Source: Phyllobates terribilis
Lineage: Eukaryota
NCBI RefSeq assembly: GCF_046119375.1
Contig: NW_027362774.1
Span: forward strand, 21,142,001 to 21,206,000
Reading direction: 5' to 3'
Length of the DNA: 64,000 bases
Shown piece by piece: positions 38,465 to 53,400 of the stretch. The translations under genes were made by a program, and so were the position numbers. How positions within the stretch are numbered: the first letter of the stretch is position 1; each line of letters opens with the position of its first letter. The notes beneath the pieces were generated by a model, which saw only the letters and a list, made by a program, of their open reading frames with translations, made no database searches and was not told the DNA's origin.

Positions 38465-41400
38465 CTGTATAAGCAAAGAGAAGAATGGGATATTATCTCC
38501 AATTATAGAAGTCATAGACAGCTGTCCGAGATCGGAACGCGGTGCACGGATCTGACGGCGGCGCTCCCGACCTGCGTTCCAATGGTTAACAATACAACAC
38601 AATTAAAAAGAAGAAGAAATTAGGTTGTACAATTTAAAAAAAAGTGTATATATATATATACACAGTACAGACCACCTTCTCATTTAAAGATTTTTCTGTA
38701 TTTTCATGACTATGAAAATTGTACATTCACACTGAAGGCATCAAAACTATGAATTACCACATGTGGAATTATATACTTAACAAAAAAGTATGAAACAACT
38801 GAAAATATGTCTTATATTCTAGGTTCTTCAAAGTAGCCACCTTTTGCTTTGATGACTGCTTTGCACACTCTTGGCATTCTCTTCATGAGCTTCAAGAGGT
38901 AGTCACCAGAAATGGTTTTCACTTCACAGGTGTGCCCTGTCAGGTTTAATAAGTGGGATTTCTTCCTCTATAAATGGGGTTGGGACCATCAGTTGTTGTG
39001 TTGTGCAGAAGTCTGGTGGATACACAGCTGATAGTCCTACTGAATAGACTGTTAGAATTTGTATTATGGCAAGAAAAAAGCAAAGTAAAGAAAAACGAGT
39101 GGCCATCATTAAGAAATGAAGGTCAGTCAGTCTGAAAAATTGGGAAAACTTTGAAAGTGTCTCCAAGTGCAGTTGCAAAAACCATCAAGTGCTACAAAGA
39201 AACTGGCTCACATGAGGACCGCCCCAGGAAAGGAAGACCAAGAGTCACCTCTGCTTCTGAGGATAAGTTTATCCGAGTCACCAGCCTCAGAAATCGCAGG
39301 TTAACAGCAGCTCAGATTAGAGACCAGGTCAATGCCACACAGAGTTCTAGCAGCAGACACATCTCTTCAACAACTGTTAAGAGGAGACTTTGTGCAGCAG
39401 GCCTTCATGGTAAAATAGCTGCTAGGAAACCACTGCTAAGGACAGGCAACAAGCAGAAGAGACTTGTTTGGGCTAAAGAACACAAGGAATGGACATTAGA
39501 CCAGTGGAAATCTGTGCTTTGGTCTGATGAGTCCAAATTTGAGATCTTTGGTTCCAACCACCGTGTCTTTGTGCGACGCAGAAAAGGTGAACGGATGGAC
39601 TCTACATGCCTGGTTCCCACCGTGAAGCATGGAGGAGGAGGTGTGATGGTGTGGGGGGCTTTGCTGGTGACACTGTTGGGGATTTATTCAAAATTGAAGG
39701 CGTACTGAACCAGCATGGCTACCACAGCATCTTGCAGCGGCATGCTATTTCATCCGGTTTGCGTTTAGTTGGACCATCATTCATTTTTCAACAGGACAAT
39801 GACCCCAAACACACCTCCAGGCTGTGTAAGGGCTATTTGACCAAGAAGAAGAGTGATGGGGTGCTACGCCAGATGACCTGGCCTCCACAGTCACCAGACC
39901 TGAACCCAATCGAGATGGTTTGGGGTGAGCTGGACCACAGAGTGAAGGCAAAAGGGCCAACAAGTGCTAAGCATCTCTGGGAACTCCTTCAAGATTGTTG
40001 GAAGACCATTTCCGGTGACTACCTCTTGAAGCTCATCAAGAGAATGCCAAGAGTGTGCAAAGCAGTCATCAAAGCAAAAGGTGGCTACTTTGAAGAACCT
40101 AGAATATAAGACATATTTTCAGTTGTTTCACACTTTTTTGTTAAGTATATAATTCTACATGTGTTAATTCATAGTTTTGATGCCTTCAGTGTGAATGTAC
40201 AATTTTCATAGTCATGAAAATACAGAAAAATCTTTAAATGAGAAGGTGTGTCCAAACTTTTGGTCTGTACTGTATATATATATATATATATATATATTAT
40301 ATTTATTCCACGGCGATAATTTAAAAACTAATTATTATTATTATAGCGCCATTTATTCCATGGCGCTTTTTCTTCCAAAAAACAGCGCCATTCCTGTCCA
40401 TCGGTTGCAGCTTTAATGGAGCAGACCCATCTCATAGATACACGTGGTCCTGTCGGTGTGCATGGATTCTACTGCTAATATCAGGGATCAGCCATAATAT
40501 TTCCGCGTGCACTCACCATACTGGACGTCTGGTCCTGGATACTGATCACCTTGATCTCTTTCCCTTCTTCCCTTATTCCGTTCAGCATGCCCATGACTTC
40601 ATTTATCGAGCACCATTTGCAATCTTTGCCTTCCACCGCCACGATGTAATCTCCTTCCTTTACGCCTTCTCGCTGGAACGTGAAAAAGGCAAAATATTAC
40701 TAAATCTACTAAGCAAAAAAAAAAAAAAATAGGATTTGGTAGTTATTGGCTAAATCCGCCAATTTCCACTGACCCCACTCGATGGACGAAAACGTGCGGC
40801 ATTGACCCTTTCTCATTGCTGATTTAGTTCCCTGCAAATTCTAATTATTCTGTCTTCTGTAATGTAAAGTTGCTCTCAATGCACCGACTTACTAATGATC
40901 TTATATACTTTTACAGCAGCAGTGTAAAACATGGGGGAGAAGTTATGTAGAGGCAATCAGTTTCCTAGGAAAGGAGTGCACGCTCGCAAGCTCTTTGTTA
41001 TAAGCCCCTGTGTTCCTCCCAAGCTGTACAACACACAGTTAGACTTTGGATCGACCATGTTCCTGGTCCGAACTGTCAATCTTCAGGAGTGTACCGCCCC
41101 TGGCAAGCAGAGAAGCGGTGCGCTCCTGAAGGAAGAACAGTAGACATCCCCTTTTAATGCATTCTGCCGTCACAATCTTCCCTTTGTACTTACTGCGGCC
41201 GGACAGAGCGGATCCAGCGAGGTTATCTGTACGGGACAGTCTCCCTTTAAGATGAACCCTATCTCTCCATCTTCTAGAGTCAGGAGGACCTTTCTTGGCG
41301 CCGACCACCTCTGTTTTGCTGAGAATACTGACAGCGGACCCTAAAAAAAAAAAAAAAAAAAAAAAAAAAGGTGCAAAGTGAGAAAACCTCGGACTTTCTC

Positions 41401-44400
41401 CACTTAGTTTGCACAGTCGGAGTATTGTTTTTGCAGCAGGAATGTGGATGTCACGGTCTGGTATTATGTGAACATAGGAAGAAGTTATCTGAAGATCAGG
41501 GGATAGGGGCGCTGGGGGCACTTTCTGCTTCTGTAGTTTATGCACTGTGACGAGAGGTTGGTAAGGACAATGCCAGTCTGCTGCTCGTAAGCCCTTTACA
41601 TTTGAGGAATAATTGAGATTATTGTTCACATCATATAAAAGTATCTATGGATCTACAGAGACAACACAGGCATTTTACAGCTTAAATCTCTGTGTGGCGT
41701 GGCGGTACGTACCAGTCGTTGAAAGAAATCAATCACTTTCACCCTGGAGAGCGGAGGAGGAATCATCTCTGCTTTGTACTCTGTTTTACCTGGGGAGGAT
41801 CAGAAGACTTAATTGTGTATACATTCCAGCAAAACATGAAAAATACGCCCCGCTTATCTGTGTAATCTGCCCGTCCAGAGACAGGTCGCACATTCTCCGG
41901 CACAGCTGCACTTTACAGTCTGAGGGATACTGAGATACCATCTTTTTTTTTTTTATTTATTTAGCTTTTAGTTACTTATTATTATAAATTTTATTATNNN
42001 NNNNNNNNNNNNNNNNNNNNNNNNNNNNNNNNNNNNNNNNNNNNNNNNNNNNNNNNNNNNNNNNNNNNNNNNNNNNNNNNNNNNNNNNNNNNNNNNNNNN
42101 NNNNNNNNNNNNNNNNNNNNNNNNNNNNNNNNNNNNNNNNNNNNNNNNNNNNNNNNNNNNNNNNNNNNNNNNNNNNNNNNNNNNNNNNNNNNNNNTTCTT
42201 TCCGCCCTTTTTTAATTTCCATATTTAAAAAGCCATTTTGGGGGTACATATAATGAACTAACCGTTTAGATTCCGCGATCAGCACTGACTGTGGCATCTA
42301 AAGGGGTTATATGGCTAGATTTGGAGTTAGCAATGGGGCCAATTGCTGGAAAGGTACTAAGGACCTTTTGAGGTCCATGAACCTTTTAGAAACCATCTTT
42401 CCCCTCTAGCACCAATGAAATGCAGTAGGAGTCCAACCTGCTCTTCCCAATTATAAATTCTAGGACTAGTAATTTAGCAGTAACATTCTCATTTTCCTCA
42501 CACTTACAGACTATTTCGGGGGCCACCAAAATGCCGAGGAACTCTTCTTCTTTTTTGTAATAGGAGTCTTTCAGCAGCGCCCTCTTGTGGAAAGCGGACA
42601 GTATCTCCTGCAGGATATCGATCTGCTTGAGTTGGCTGCACAGATTCGATAACCTCAGGGCTTCTTCGTGACACATGATTGCTTTGGATAAATGCGCCTT
42701 TCCTACGGATGCACGAGACAAAGAAAAAAAAAGAAAACAACGCTCAAGAAACACAATAATTTGTATGAGAAGAGGCTGAGACGCGACACGGCTGTATACA
42801 CAATGCACAATGGAAGCTGGGTGAGGACTGGCAGACGGTCACGACGTTTATTGACCATTTTACAGGGATGTTTTTCTATTGTCCCCGAGTACAGAGGAAT
42901 GTGAACTATGTCCTGTGTAGCCGGGTGCGGCCAGGAGCGAGGGTGGTGCCAACAAGTGTTATGGAACTTTACTGTAACTTTACAACGTGGTGCATGGCCT
43001 GGACGATATCTCCATATCACATACAAATACTTGTCCGACAGGACACCGTGTCACCGACGTGTGATCTCCTCAACAAGAGCCTGAGTGCCACATGAAAGGC
43101 TTATATTGAGTTTATCCCAACTTCACATTTTGCTGAGAAGCTAAGAATAAAAAACCCATCTGTCTATCATTATCTTTCACATTATTATACTTCAGAGCTG
43201 CACTCACTATTCTGCTAGTGCAGTCACTGTGTACATACAATACATTACTGATCCTGAGTTACATCCTGTATTCTACCCCAGAGCTGCACTCACTATTCTG
43301 CTGGTGGAGTCACTATGTACATACATTACATTACTGATCCTGAGTTACATCCTGTATTATACTCCAGAGCTGCACTCACTATTCTGCTGGTGCAGTCACT
43401 GTGTACATACAATACATTACTGATCCTGAGTTACATCCTGTATTCTACCCCAGAGCTGCACTCACTATTCTGCTGGTGGAGTCACTATGTACATACATTA
43501 CATTACTGATCCTGAGTTACATCCTGTATTATACTCCAGAGCTGCACTCACTATTCTGCTGGTGCAGTCACTGTGTACATACAATACATTACTGATCCTG
43601 AGTTACATCCTGTATTCTACCCCAGAGCTGCACTCACTATTCTGCTGGTGGAGTCACTATGTACATACATTACATTACTGATCCTGAGTTACATTCTGTA
43701 TTATACTCCACAGCTGCACTCACTATTCTGCTGGTGCAGTCACTGTGTACATACATTACATTACTGATCCTGAGTTATATCCTGTATTATACTCCAGAGC
43801 TGCACTCACTATTCTGCTGGTGGAGTCACTATGTACATACATTACATTACTGATCCTGAGTTACATCCTGTATTATACTCCAGAGCTGCACTCACTATTC
43901 TGCTTGTGCAGTCACTGTGTACATACATTACATTACTGATCCTGAGTTACATCCTGTATTCTACCCCAGAGCTGCACTCACTATTCTGCTGGTGCAGTCA
44001 CTGTGTACATACATTACATTACTGATCCTGAGTTACATCCTGTATTATACTCCAGAGCTGCACTCACTATTCTGCTGGTGGAGTCACTATGTACATACAT
44101 TACATTACTGATCCTGAGTTACATCCTGTATTATACTCCAGAGCTGCACTCACTATTCTGCTTGTGCAGTCACTGTGTACATACATTACATTACTTATCC
44201 TGAGTTACATCCTGTATTATACTCCAGAGCTGCACTCACTATTCTGCTGGTGCAGTCACTGTGTACATACATTACATTACTGACCCTGAGTTACATCCTG
44301 TATTATACTCCAGAGCTGCACTCACTATTCTGCTGGTGCAGTCACTGTGTACATACATTACATTACTGATCCTGAGTTACATCTGTATTATACTCCAGAG

Positions 44401-47400
44401 CTGCACTCACTATTCTGCTGGTGCAGTCACTGTGTACATACATTACATTACTGATCCTGAGTTATATCCTGTATTATACTCCAGAGCTGCACTCACTATT
44501 CTGCTGGTGGAGTCACTGTGTACATACATTACATTACTGATCCTGAGTGACATCCTGTATTATACTCCAGAGCTGCACTCACTATTCTGCTGGTGCAGTC
44601 ACTGTGTACATACATTACATTACTGATCCTGAGTTACCTCCTGTATTATACTCCAGAGCTGCACTCACTATTCTGCTGGTGCAGTCACTGTGTACATACA
44701 TTACATTACTGATCCTGAGTTACCTCCTGTATTATACTCCAGAGCTGCACTCACTATTCTGCTGGTGCAGTCACTGTGTACATACATTACATTACTGATC
44801 CTGAGTTACATCTGTATTATACTCCAGAGCTGCACTCACTATTCTGCTGGTGCAGTCACTGTGTACATACATTACATTACTGATCCTGAGTTATATCCTG
44901 TATTATACTCCAGAGCTGCACTCACTATTCTGCTGGTGGAGTCACTGTGTACATACATTACATTACTGATCCTGAGTGACATCCTGTATTATACTCCAGA
45001 GCTGCACTCACTATTCTGCTGGTGCAGTCACTGTGTACATACATTACATTACTGATCCTGAGTTACCTCCTGTATTATACTCCAGAGCTGCACTCACTAT
45101 TCTGCTGGTGGAGTCACTGTGTACATACATTACATTACTGATCCTGAGTGACATCCTGTATTATACTCCAGAGCTGCACTCACTATTCTGCTGGTGCAGT
45201 CACTGTGTACATACATTACATTACTGATCCTGTACTGATCCTGAGTTACATCCTGTATTATACTCCAGAGCTGCACTCACTATTCTGCTGGTGCAGTCAC
45301 TGTGTACATACATTACATTACTGATCCTGTACTGATCCTGAGTTACATCCTATATTATACTCCAGAGCTGCACTCACTATTCTGCTAGTGCAGTCACTGT
45401 GCACATACATTACATTACTGATCCTGAGTTACCTCCTGTATTATACTCCAGAGCTGCACTCACTATTCTGCTGGTGCAGTCACTGTGTACATACATTACA
45501 TTACTGATCCTGAGTTACATCCTGTATTATACCCCAGAGCTGCACTCACTATTCTGCTGGTGCAGTCACTGTGTACATACATTACATTACTGATCCTGAG
45601 TTACATCCTGTATTATACCCCAGAGCTGCACTCACTATTCTCCTGGTGGAGTCACTGTGTACATACATTACATTACTGATCCTGTACTGATCCTGAGTTA
45701 CATCCTGTATTATACTCCAGAGCTGCACTCACTATTCTGCTTGTGCAGTCACTGTGTACATACATTACATTACTGATCCTGAGTTACATCCTGTATTATA
45801 CTCCAGAGCTGCACTCACTATTCTGCTTGTGCAGTCACTGTGTACATACAGTCCTGGCCAAAAGTATTGAGAATGAGACAAATAGTAATTTTTCCAAAGT
45901 TTACTGCTTCATTTTTTGTAATGGCAATTTGCATATACTCCTGAATGTCAAAGAGTGATCAGCTTAACAGCAATTACTGTACTTGCAAAGTCAATATTTG
46001 CCCAGAAAATGAACTTTAACCCCCAAAACACATTTCAACATCATTGCAGTCCTGCCTTAAAAGTAGCAGCTAACATCGTTTTAGTGATTGATCCATTAAC
46101 ACAGGTGTGGGTGTTGATGAGGACAGGGCTGGCGATCAATCAGTCATGATTAAGTAAGAATGACATCACTGGACACTTTAAAAGGAGGCTGGTTCTTGGG
46201 ATCATTGTTTCTCTTCAGTTAACCATGGTTATCTCTAAAGAAACACGTGCAGCCATCATTGCACTGCACAAAAATGGCCTAACAGGGAAGAGTATCGCAG
46301 CTACAAAGATTGCACCTCAGTCAACAATCTATCGCATCATCAAGAACTTCAAGGAGAGAGCTTCCATTGTTGTCAAAAAGGCTCCAGGGCGCCCAAGAAA
46401 GACCAGCAAGCGCCAGGACCGTATCTTAAAACTGTTTCAGCTGCGGGATCGGACTACCAGCAGTGCCGAGCTTGCTCAGGAATGGCAGCAGGCTGGTGTG
46501 AGTGCTTCTGCACGCACTGTGAGGCGGAGACTCTTTGAGCAAGGGCTGGTTTCAAGGAGGGCAGCAAAGAAGCCATTTCTCTCCAGAAAAAACATCAGGG
46601 ACCGACTGATATTCTGCAAAAGGTACAGGGAGTGGACTGCTGAGGACTGGGGCAAAGTCATTTTCTCTGATGAATCCCCTTTTCGATTGTTCGGGACATC
46701 TGGAAAACAGCTTATTCGGAGAAGAAGAGGTGAGCGCTGCCACCAGTCTTGTCTCATGCCAACTGTAAAGCATCCTGAAACCATTCATGTGTGGGGTTGC
46801 TTCTCAGCCAAGGGAATCGGCTCACTCACAGTCTTGCCTAAAAACACAGCCATGAATAAAGAATGGTACCAGAATGTCCTCCAAGAGCAACTTCTCCCAA
46901 CCGTCCAAGAGCAGTTTGGCGCCCAACAATGCCTTTTCCAGCATGATGGAGCACCTTGCCATAAAGCAAAGGTGATAACTAAATGGCTCATGGAACAAAA
47001 CATAGAGATTTTGGGTCCATGGCCTGGAAACTCCCCAGATCTTAATCCCATTGAGAACTTGTGGTCAATCATCAAGAGACGGGTGGACAAACAAAAACCA
47101 ACAAATTCTGGCAAAATGCAAGCATTGATTATGCAAGAATGGACTGCTATCAGTCAGGATTTGGTCCAAAAGTTGATTGAGAGCATGCCAGGGAGAATTA
47201 CAGAGGTCTTGAAGAAAAAGGGGCAACACTGCAAATATTGACTTGCTGCATTAACTCATTCTAACTGTCAATATAACCTATTGGTCCTCATAATATGATT
47301 GCAATTATATTTCTGTATGTGATATAAACATCAGACAAACACTAATAAAAACCAGAGGCCAGCAGATCATGTGAAAATATAATTTTGGTGTCATTCTCAA

Positions 47401-50400
47401 TACTTTTGGCCATGACTGTACATTACTGATCCTGAGTTACATCCTGTATTATACTCCAGAGCTGCACTCACAATTCAGCTGGTTATCAATGGAAACAATG
47501 ACGAGTAGGAATGATTTTACTGACGCCATGTATTCCACGTGTGATTACCTAGCAGGGTCCGCTGCTGTTTCTCCTTTAGGATCTTCATTGTGGTCATTCC
47601 TTCTGGTATGTGGTCATAGAGCTGAGATAACGCTTTCTCCTGCTTGTCTTCATCATCACGAGGGGTCACTGTCAGAAAGACTTTCCATTAATAGTTATTA
47701 GAGTTTATCTGAAAAGGAAAAGTTTTGCATACGACCCCATAAAATTGGAGTCAAGAATCGCAGCTGACGGCTCAGTGTCTGCAATGTAAGAGAAATAAAT
47801 ATGGCAGCAGGGCAGGGGCGCTCACTGCAGTGTCCTCAATCCCATCACTCCGTTAACCCTGACCGCATCTGCTGATGCCGCTGTGCCACATGGCATTTCG
47901 GCTGTGTCACGTGGCATTTCGGCTGTGTCACGTGGCATTTCGGCAGTGTCACGTGGCATTTCGGCAGTGTCACGTGGCATTTCGGCTGTGCATGACTGAT
48001 CTGGTGATAGAGTACAATATACAGACATTCTGCATTGGTGACACTTACACTGGTGATCAATGAGGGTTATTGCTGCAAAATAGTGAGCCAGGGCTTTGTA
48101 ATGTTCGGCTTTCACTTGCACCATAACACTCCAGGAATAAGGAACGTTCTCCTTGATGGGAGCCTGGTTCATGGCGGTAAACACTTGTAAGTAAACCTCG
48201 CTGACCTGCAATGAGAAATACCATTAGATTGCGATGCAACGTAGGATGATAAAACTGCAAGACGTTCTCATCATGGCCTTTAAATAGCTGATAAGATGTT
48301 GGCTCTACATAGGATATCAAAGTCCTGGACAAGCAGTAATTGATGTCATATCCTTAGGTTATAGCATCATCTAATTAACTCTGGGACCCAAACGGATCAT
48401 GAGCAAGAAGGGATCACATTGCTGATTTAGTGCTGCGCCCCTTGCAGGGGTGGACATTTCACTGGTGCAACCTATACGGACCCAAGAGGTAAGGGGACTC
48501 ATTCCTACCTCCAAAGCAGGCGCAATTTTGCATTTTCAGGAGCTCTTGGGCTGCCAAAGGGCAGCCCATATACTGTGCTTGCACAGGGGTCCTTTTCTGT
48601 CTGTGTCCGCGAGTGGTCCCTTACCCAGCGGTGCACCTGGTTATGCAAGAAACGGCAACTAACTGCACTCACCTGAATGGAGGCGCTTTTGCAGCGAGCA
48701 GCCGAGTGTGCCGCTATGCAAAGAAAAACCTGGAAAGGGGATGTAGCTCTGAATTAGCACTGCAGCCCCTTCATTCTCAGTGAGGGTCCCAGAGATCAGA
48801 CTAGGGTCGTAACCATAATCGGTGCAGGAGTTGCAATCACACCCAAGGCCTGGGTATACTGGGGCCCAAATTGCGCCTTTTGACCAATACTATTAAAGAC
48901 TTTCAATAATTAGGGGCCCAAATGGAGCTTTTGCATTGGGACCCACAAGATTCAAGTTACGCCACTGGGTCAGACCCTCATTTTTGGTTTTGCACCAAGA
49001 TCATCAGACAGTTCTGAAGCGGATTATTAATGGGGCACCCAGACTCTGAACATGAATACTGATCATTGGTCACATCAGATAAGTCATCCATATGCCTACG
49101 GGCACCTTAAGAGGCAGCAATGAAACACTCAGCATCAATCCCAGTGTTGACCTGGGCACCACCCTCTACCAATACAAGCGCCCGAATTCAATCACTTGCA
49201 AAAGTAGACAGATCTGATGACTTATACGTGTGCACATACAACAGTCGGGTTGCTGCAATATTGTTAAACACTGCGTCATTTATGGCATTCTCGCCACAGC
49301 CGGATGTGGTATCTGACGTACGGAGTAAGACGCCATGTACCTTGGCTGCTTCCTGTGCCATCCGCACCAAAGTGCAGAACTCATTCTGCACTCCTGCTAC
49401 GATCAGCTTTTCAAAATAACACTCATGGGCTTCTGCCAAAAACATCTTAATGAGGGCTCCCAACATGGCCGGACTCATGTCATAACTGGGGGTGTGGGTG
49501 AACGTCTCTTTAAGATAGCCGAGTACACCTGAAAGAAAGGAAGAAGAGACTGTCAGCAAAAAAACTGCAAATTATTAGTGCACTGGTTAACATTAGACAC
49601 TCAATGCCAAGTAGCTGCTGCAAAAGCATGTGCAATTCTAATCAAAATGGAACACATCCCAAAAATGCAAGACACAGATCGGGGTACACTGGTTAGAGAA
49701 GTTGTACTAAGTATATAATATATATTTCCTATCACTGGAAGGTCCGAACGCTGATCCCAAGAATGAGAGCCCCATCTGAATGAAGCGTAGGTTGAGCATG
49801 CACACATCCATTGATTCTCAATGTGACTGTACTCTGCAGTCCCATAAAGAGTGAATGGAGTGGAGATGAATGCATGTCCTCCGCTACATTGAGATAGGGC
49901 TCCCGTTTCAGGATTCCCAGCGGTTGGACCCCTATCGATCAACAAAAACGTTGACTGGGGTCCAGTGGTTACCAATAAACTAAAACGTCACTCAATGCCA
50001 AGCTGCAGCTGCAAAAGCAAGTCACATTTTAGAGCACATGAAATAATAGGTACGAGTAAAAGCTATAAATTTACTATAGTTTTGAATACATACATCAATC
50101 ACTAGTAAAGTAGGGCATTATTTGGATACTACCCTGAGAAGCATGTAGAAGGTTTCAAGGGTATCAGCTCACGTTGAGCAACTGCATTAATAATTCTGCT
50201 GCTTTCACTGATATCATATCTCCCTCCAGGAGTGACTCTATCCTTTCAAGGTTGTTAGTTTACCAGCAGTGTTGACTGATTTTCAATGTCACCTTGCAGA
50301 ATTGTGAATGCTGCTCTGCATGTGACGAGAGTGTAAAGATAATGTGCGCTGATTATAAACAGTCCAAAAAGAATTGCTTTATTAATCCGGTAGTATAAAG

Positions 50401-53400
50401 GGCACAAAACACAATAAATATCGGCTGCGCTCCCAGGCAACATGTTTCACACCTACACGGTCCTTTGTGGTGCATGTAGGTGTGAAACATGTTGCCTGTG
50501 AGCGCAGTGGATATTTCTTTTCTGCCTTTTTAGTTTTAGTGCTGTTGTGTTCAACTATTTTTTGTGCCTTTTATTCTACTGGATCAATAAAGCAATTCTT
50601 TAAAGAAGATGTGCGTGGCGGCTATCGTTTGGACTGTTGCTATTACTGGAGTATTTTGCCTTGCACCCGGAAGGGTGAGCTCGTTTTTCACATGAGCGAT
50701 CATCTCTGCCCTGTTGAAAAGACCAGCGCATATGCGATTATCTCCGCATATGCCAGTCTTCTGACTCTTCGTAATATAGATGTCAAACCTGATGTTCCTT
50801 TTGATGTCTCCTACGTCATCCAAAGACTTAGTCAAATCTTTGGTTGAGAAGAAGACCGGCGCCAATCTTATCGGTAATGTAGATTTCAAAAACCTGACGA
50901 CAGCTTCCCTTTAATATCTTTTAATATCTGAAAATACGTCTGATGTCAAGATACAATGCAGGATAATTGGTAGTTGTAGGTACAAATCCCATAAGACATA
51001 CCAGGCCTGTTGCTTGCATCAACATTGTAAACTATAATTCTAGGACTGGTGCATGGTTTTAAATTTTATTACATTTCCTATTTTACTGTGAAACACCTAT
51101 TTATATAGTATGCAGCCATATAACGGCCATATAGGGGGCAAAGCTGCAAAATTAAAAAGTGTGAGAGTTTTCTTGCACTCCTCGGATCTCCAACATGTTT
51201 GCACACCTCAGTTATTTCAGGCACTGACTGTAAAAACAAGGTTAACGTTCCAGGATTTGTACTGTAACCGGTCGGACTCGTTACACTAAATCAGTCCTTG
51301 ACAGAAGACTTGCAGACCCGGCTTTCTTCTATTATAAACGGCCGGCACCTCTGTGTGCACAACATCTGCTGGGATCCATTATTTACTTGTAAGATTGTTC
51401 TACTTGTACTTTAAAATCCACAAAAGAAAAACTTTCCGTTCACAGTTATTGTAAGAAAAAAAAAATGCCATTTCACCTCGTCTTAAAGGTAGCCTACGCC
51501 TACGGCAAGTTGTATGCAGAGATTTTTTTTAAGACAAGTTGAAATAAAAAAAAATTCTTACAATAACTGTAAGAAAAAAAAAATCTGCACGCCTGAACTT
51601 CACTAATGCAGCAAACAATGGTCTGGAATTTCCATCAGCTTTTGGTATTGATTGACAGGTAACTAAACGGTGTAGGAGGTTTAGATGCCTCTATGGCTTG
51701 GACTGTGTTTATCTGACAACTCTCAAGTCCTACGTGCTGCAAAATCAGAGTATTAGGCGGGGTTCACACTTTACGTATTTGGTGCAGATTTTTCACTTGA
51801 ATTTTCTACACTTAAAATTGTCTGTATTTTACAAGTATCAGCAACATTGATGAATTTTAACTAAATCTCATCCACATGGTGTTTTTTTTATTGCAGGAAT
51901 TTATTTTTTATTATTACAGGAAATTATTTATTGCAGGAAATTGTTTTTTTTTTTTTTTTAATTTACAAATTCTTGTGCAGAATCGGCGCAAATTTCACCT
52001 TTTGCAATAGAAAGGGGAAAATCTGTAACAAGATCCACAGTAAAATCTGTATGAAACACGCACAGATTCTGCAAGAAGAAGAGCTTTATACCAAGTATCA
52101 GATAATAATTGGGAGCTTCCTGACCTCCATTACTGGGATTTATAAGTCTCAGAATTAGGGTGCAGTCAGACGGCTGTATAAATGGGACTGAGATCAGGAC
52201 GCGGTGCATGGACTGGCCTGTGGCTCTACTGACCTGAGTGTGACAGCTTTATGTATTTCTATGTAGATGTCACACTCGAGTCAGGAAAGCTGCCGGCCAG
52301 TCCGTGCACTGCGTCCCGATCTCCGTCCGATTTATATGGCCGTCTGACTGTGCCCTAAATCTGCACACTTACGGCTTAGTTGCTTGTCATTTATAATAAT
52401 TCTGTCCTTGTCTGTAATTTAAATCAGCTCTTTATGGAAGGTGGCAGAGCTGCAGTGTAAAGCACGGGGGAGTGTGAGCCTCTGATGAGTAGGAAACAAG
52501 AGTCACACTGCAACAGACAATGCAACTAAGCACAGATAGTGATATAAATCATAATCTCTATGCTTTGGCAAGCTGCCCCTTGTAGATGGGCAAGTATTGA
52601 TGGGAAGTGCGTCTTTTTATACAAAACTGTTGCTAAAAGCGGAATTAAATTTTAGAAAACCGCAGCAAACTCTTCTTGGGGGCAGCGATATTAATGGTAG
52701 GAATTACAAGAATAAACAAGTCCTATTTATTCCTTCCCTAAAGGGAGAGGTGGACCAATATTAACAGCTATGGCAGCTGAAAATGCGCAGTGTTCTGCCC
52801 TAGAATTGCATGTATAGGAAAATGATGACATATTATAAGTGCACATATTATGAGACGGGTGCAATTTAAACGAAATTATTGAATACAAGACTGCAAAGGG
52901 TTAACTTAGCAGATGCTGGGTGCCCAATATAACTAGTCCTTAGCCTCCATAGCACTTCTCTCAAGCTGTATTCACACATTGCAGCTGTGGTGCTTTTTTT
53001 TATGCAACTTTTAGAATCAGTCGTTGTTTTTTGGGCTGATTTTTAAAAAAATTGCAGCAAAAATTAGCATTTTTGTCCTGGTCGCAGCAAAAAAAATAAA
53101 AAAAACGCACATGGCCACATAGTGTTTGATACAGTATTGTGTACTAGGTTAACTCTTTCTGCACATATGCGGATGCACGTTCGTTTATTTTATTTTTGCA
53201 CAGTTTTCGGCACATATTTTGCACTTAAATCCATGTAAAATCCATATGCCACGCATGCAAAAGGGTTTAGTGCAACCCCGTTCACATGGGTGGGGAATTT
53301 TCCACATGGATTTTTCTTGTCGCCATAGCAAAAAGTATCTTGCTACTAATTTTTGGTGCACTCCATGCGGAAATTGTAAGGATTAGCTGCATTGACAGAT

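Larger units (their letters stand above)
25799..38955. repeat. Tandem triplication of a ~4.38-kb unit (25799-30183, 30184-34566, 34567-38955)
   Basis: Identical ORF sets recur at offsets of ~4383-4385 (e.g. 27273/31657/36040 and 29442/33825/38210). Confidence 0.95.
43180..47472. repeat. 86-bp satellite (~31 units, 43180-45848, with a remnant at 47419-47472) interrupted by the DD35E element
   Basis: Unit TTACTGATCCTGAGTTACATCCTGTATTATACTCCAGAGCTGCACTCACTATTCTGCTGGTGCAGTCACTGTGTACATACATTACA; ORFs recur every 86 nt. Confidence 0.97.

Noticed and set aside
41039-41629. 196-aa minus-strand ORF
   Set aside because: An alternative frame across the real RHPN2 PDZ exon and its flanking introns.
43229-45958. 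Array of 64-aa ORFs ([12 protein letters not shown]...)
   Set aside because: Overlapping translations of the 86-bp satellite.
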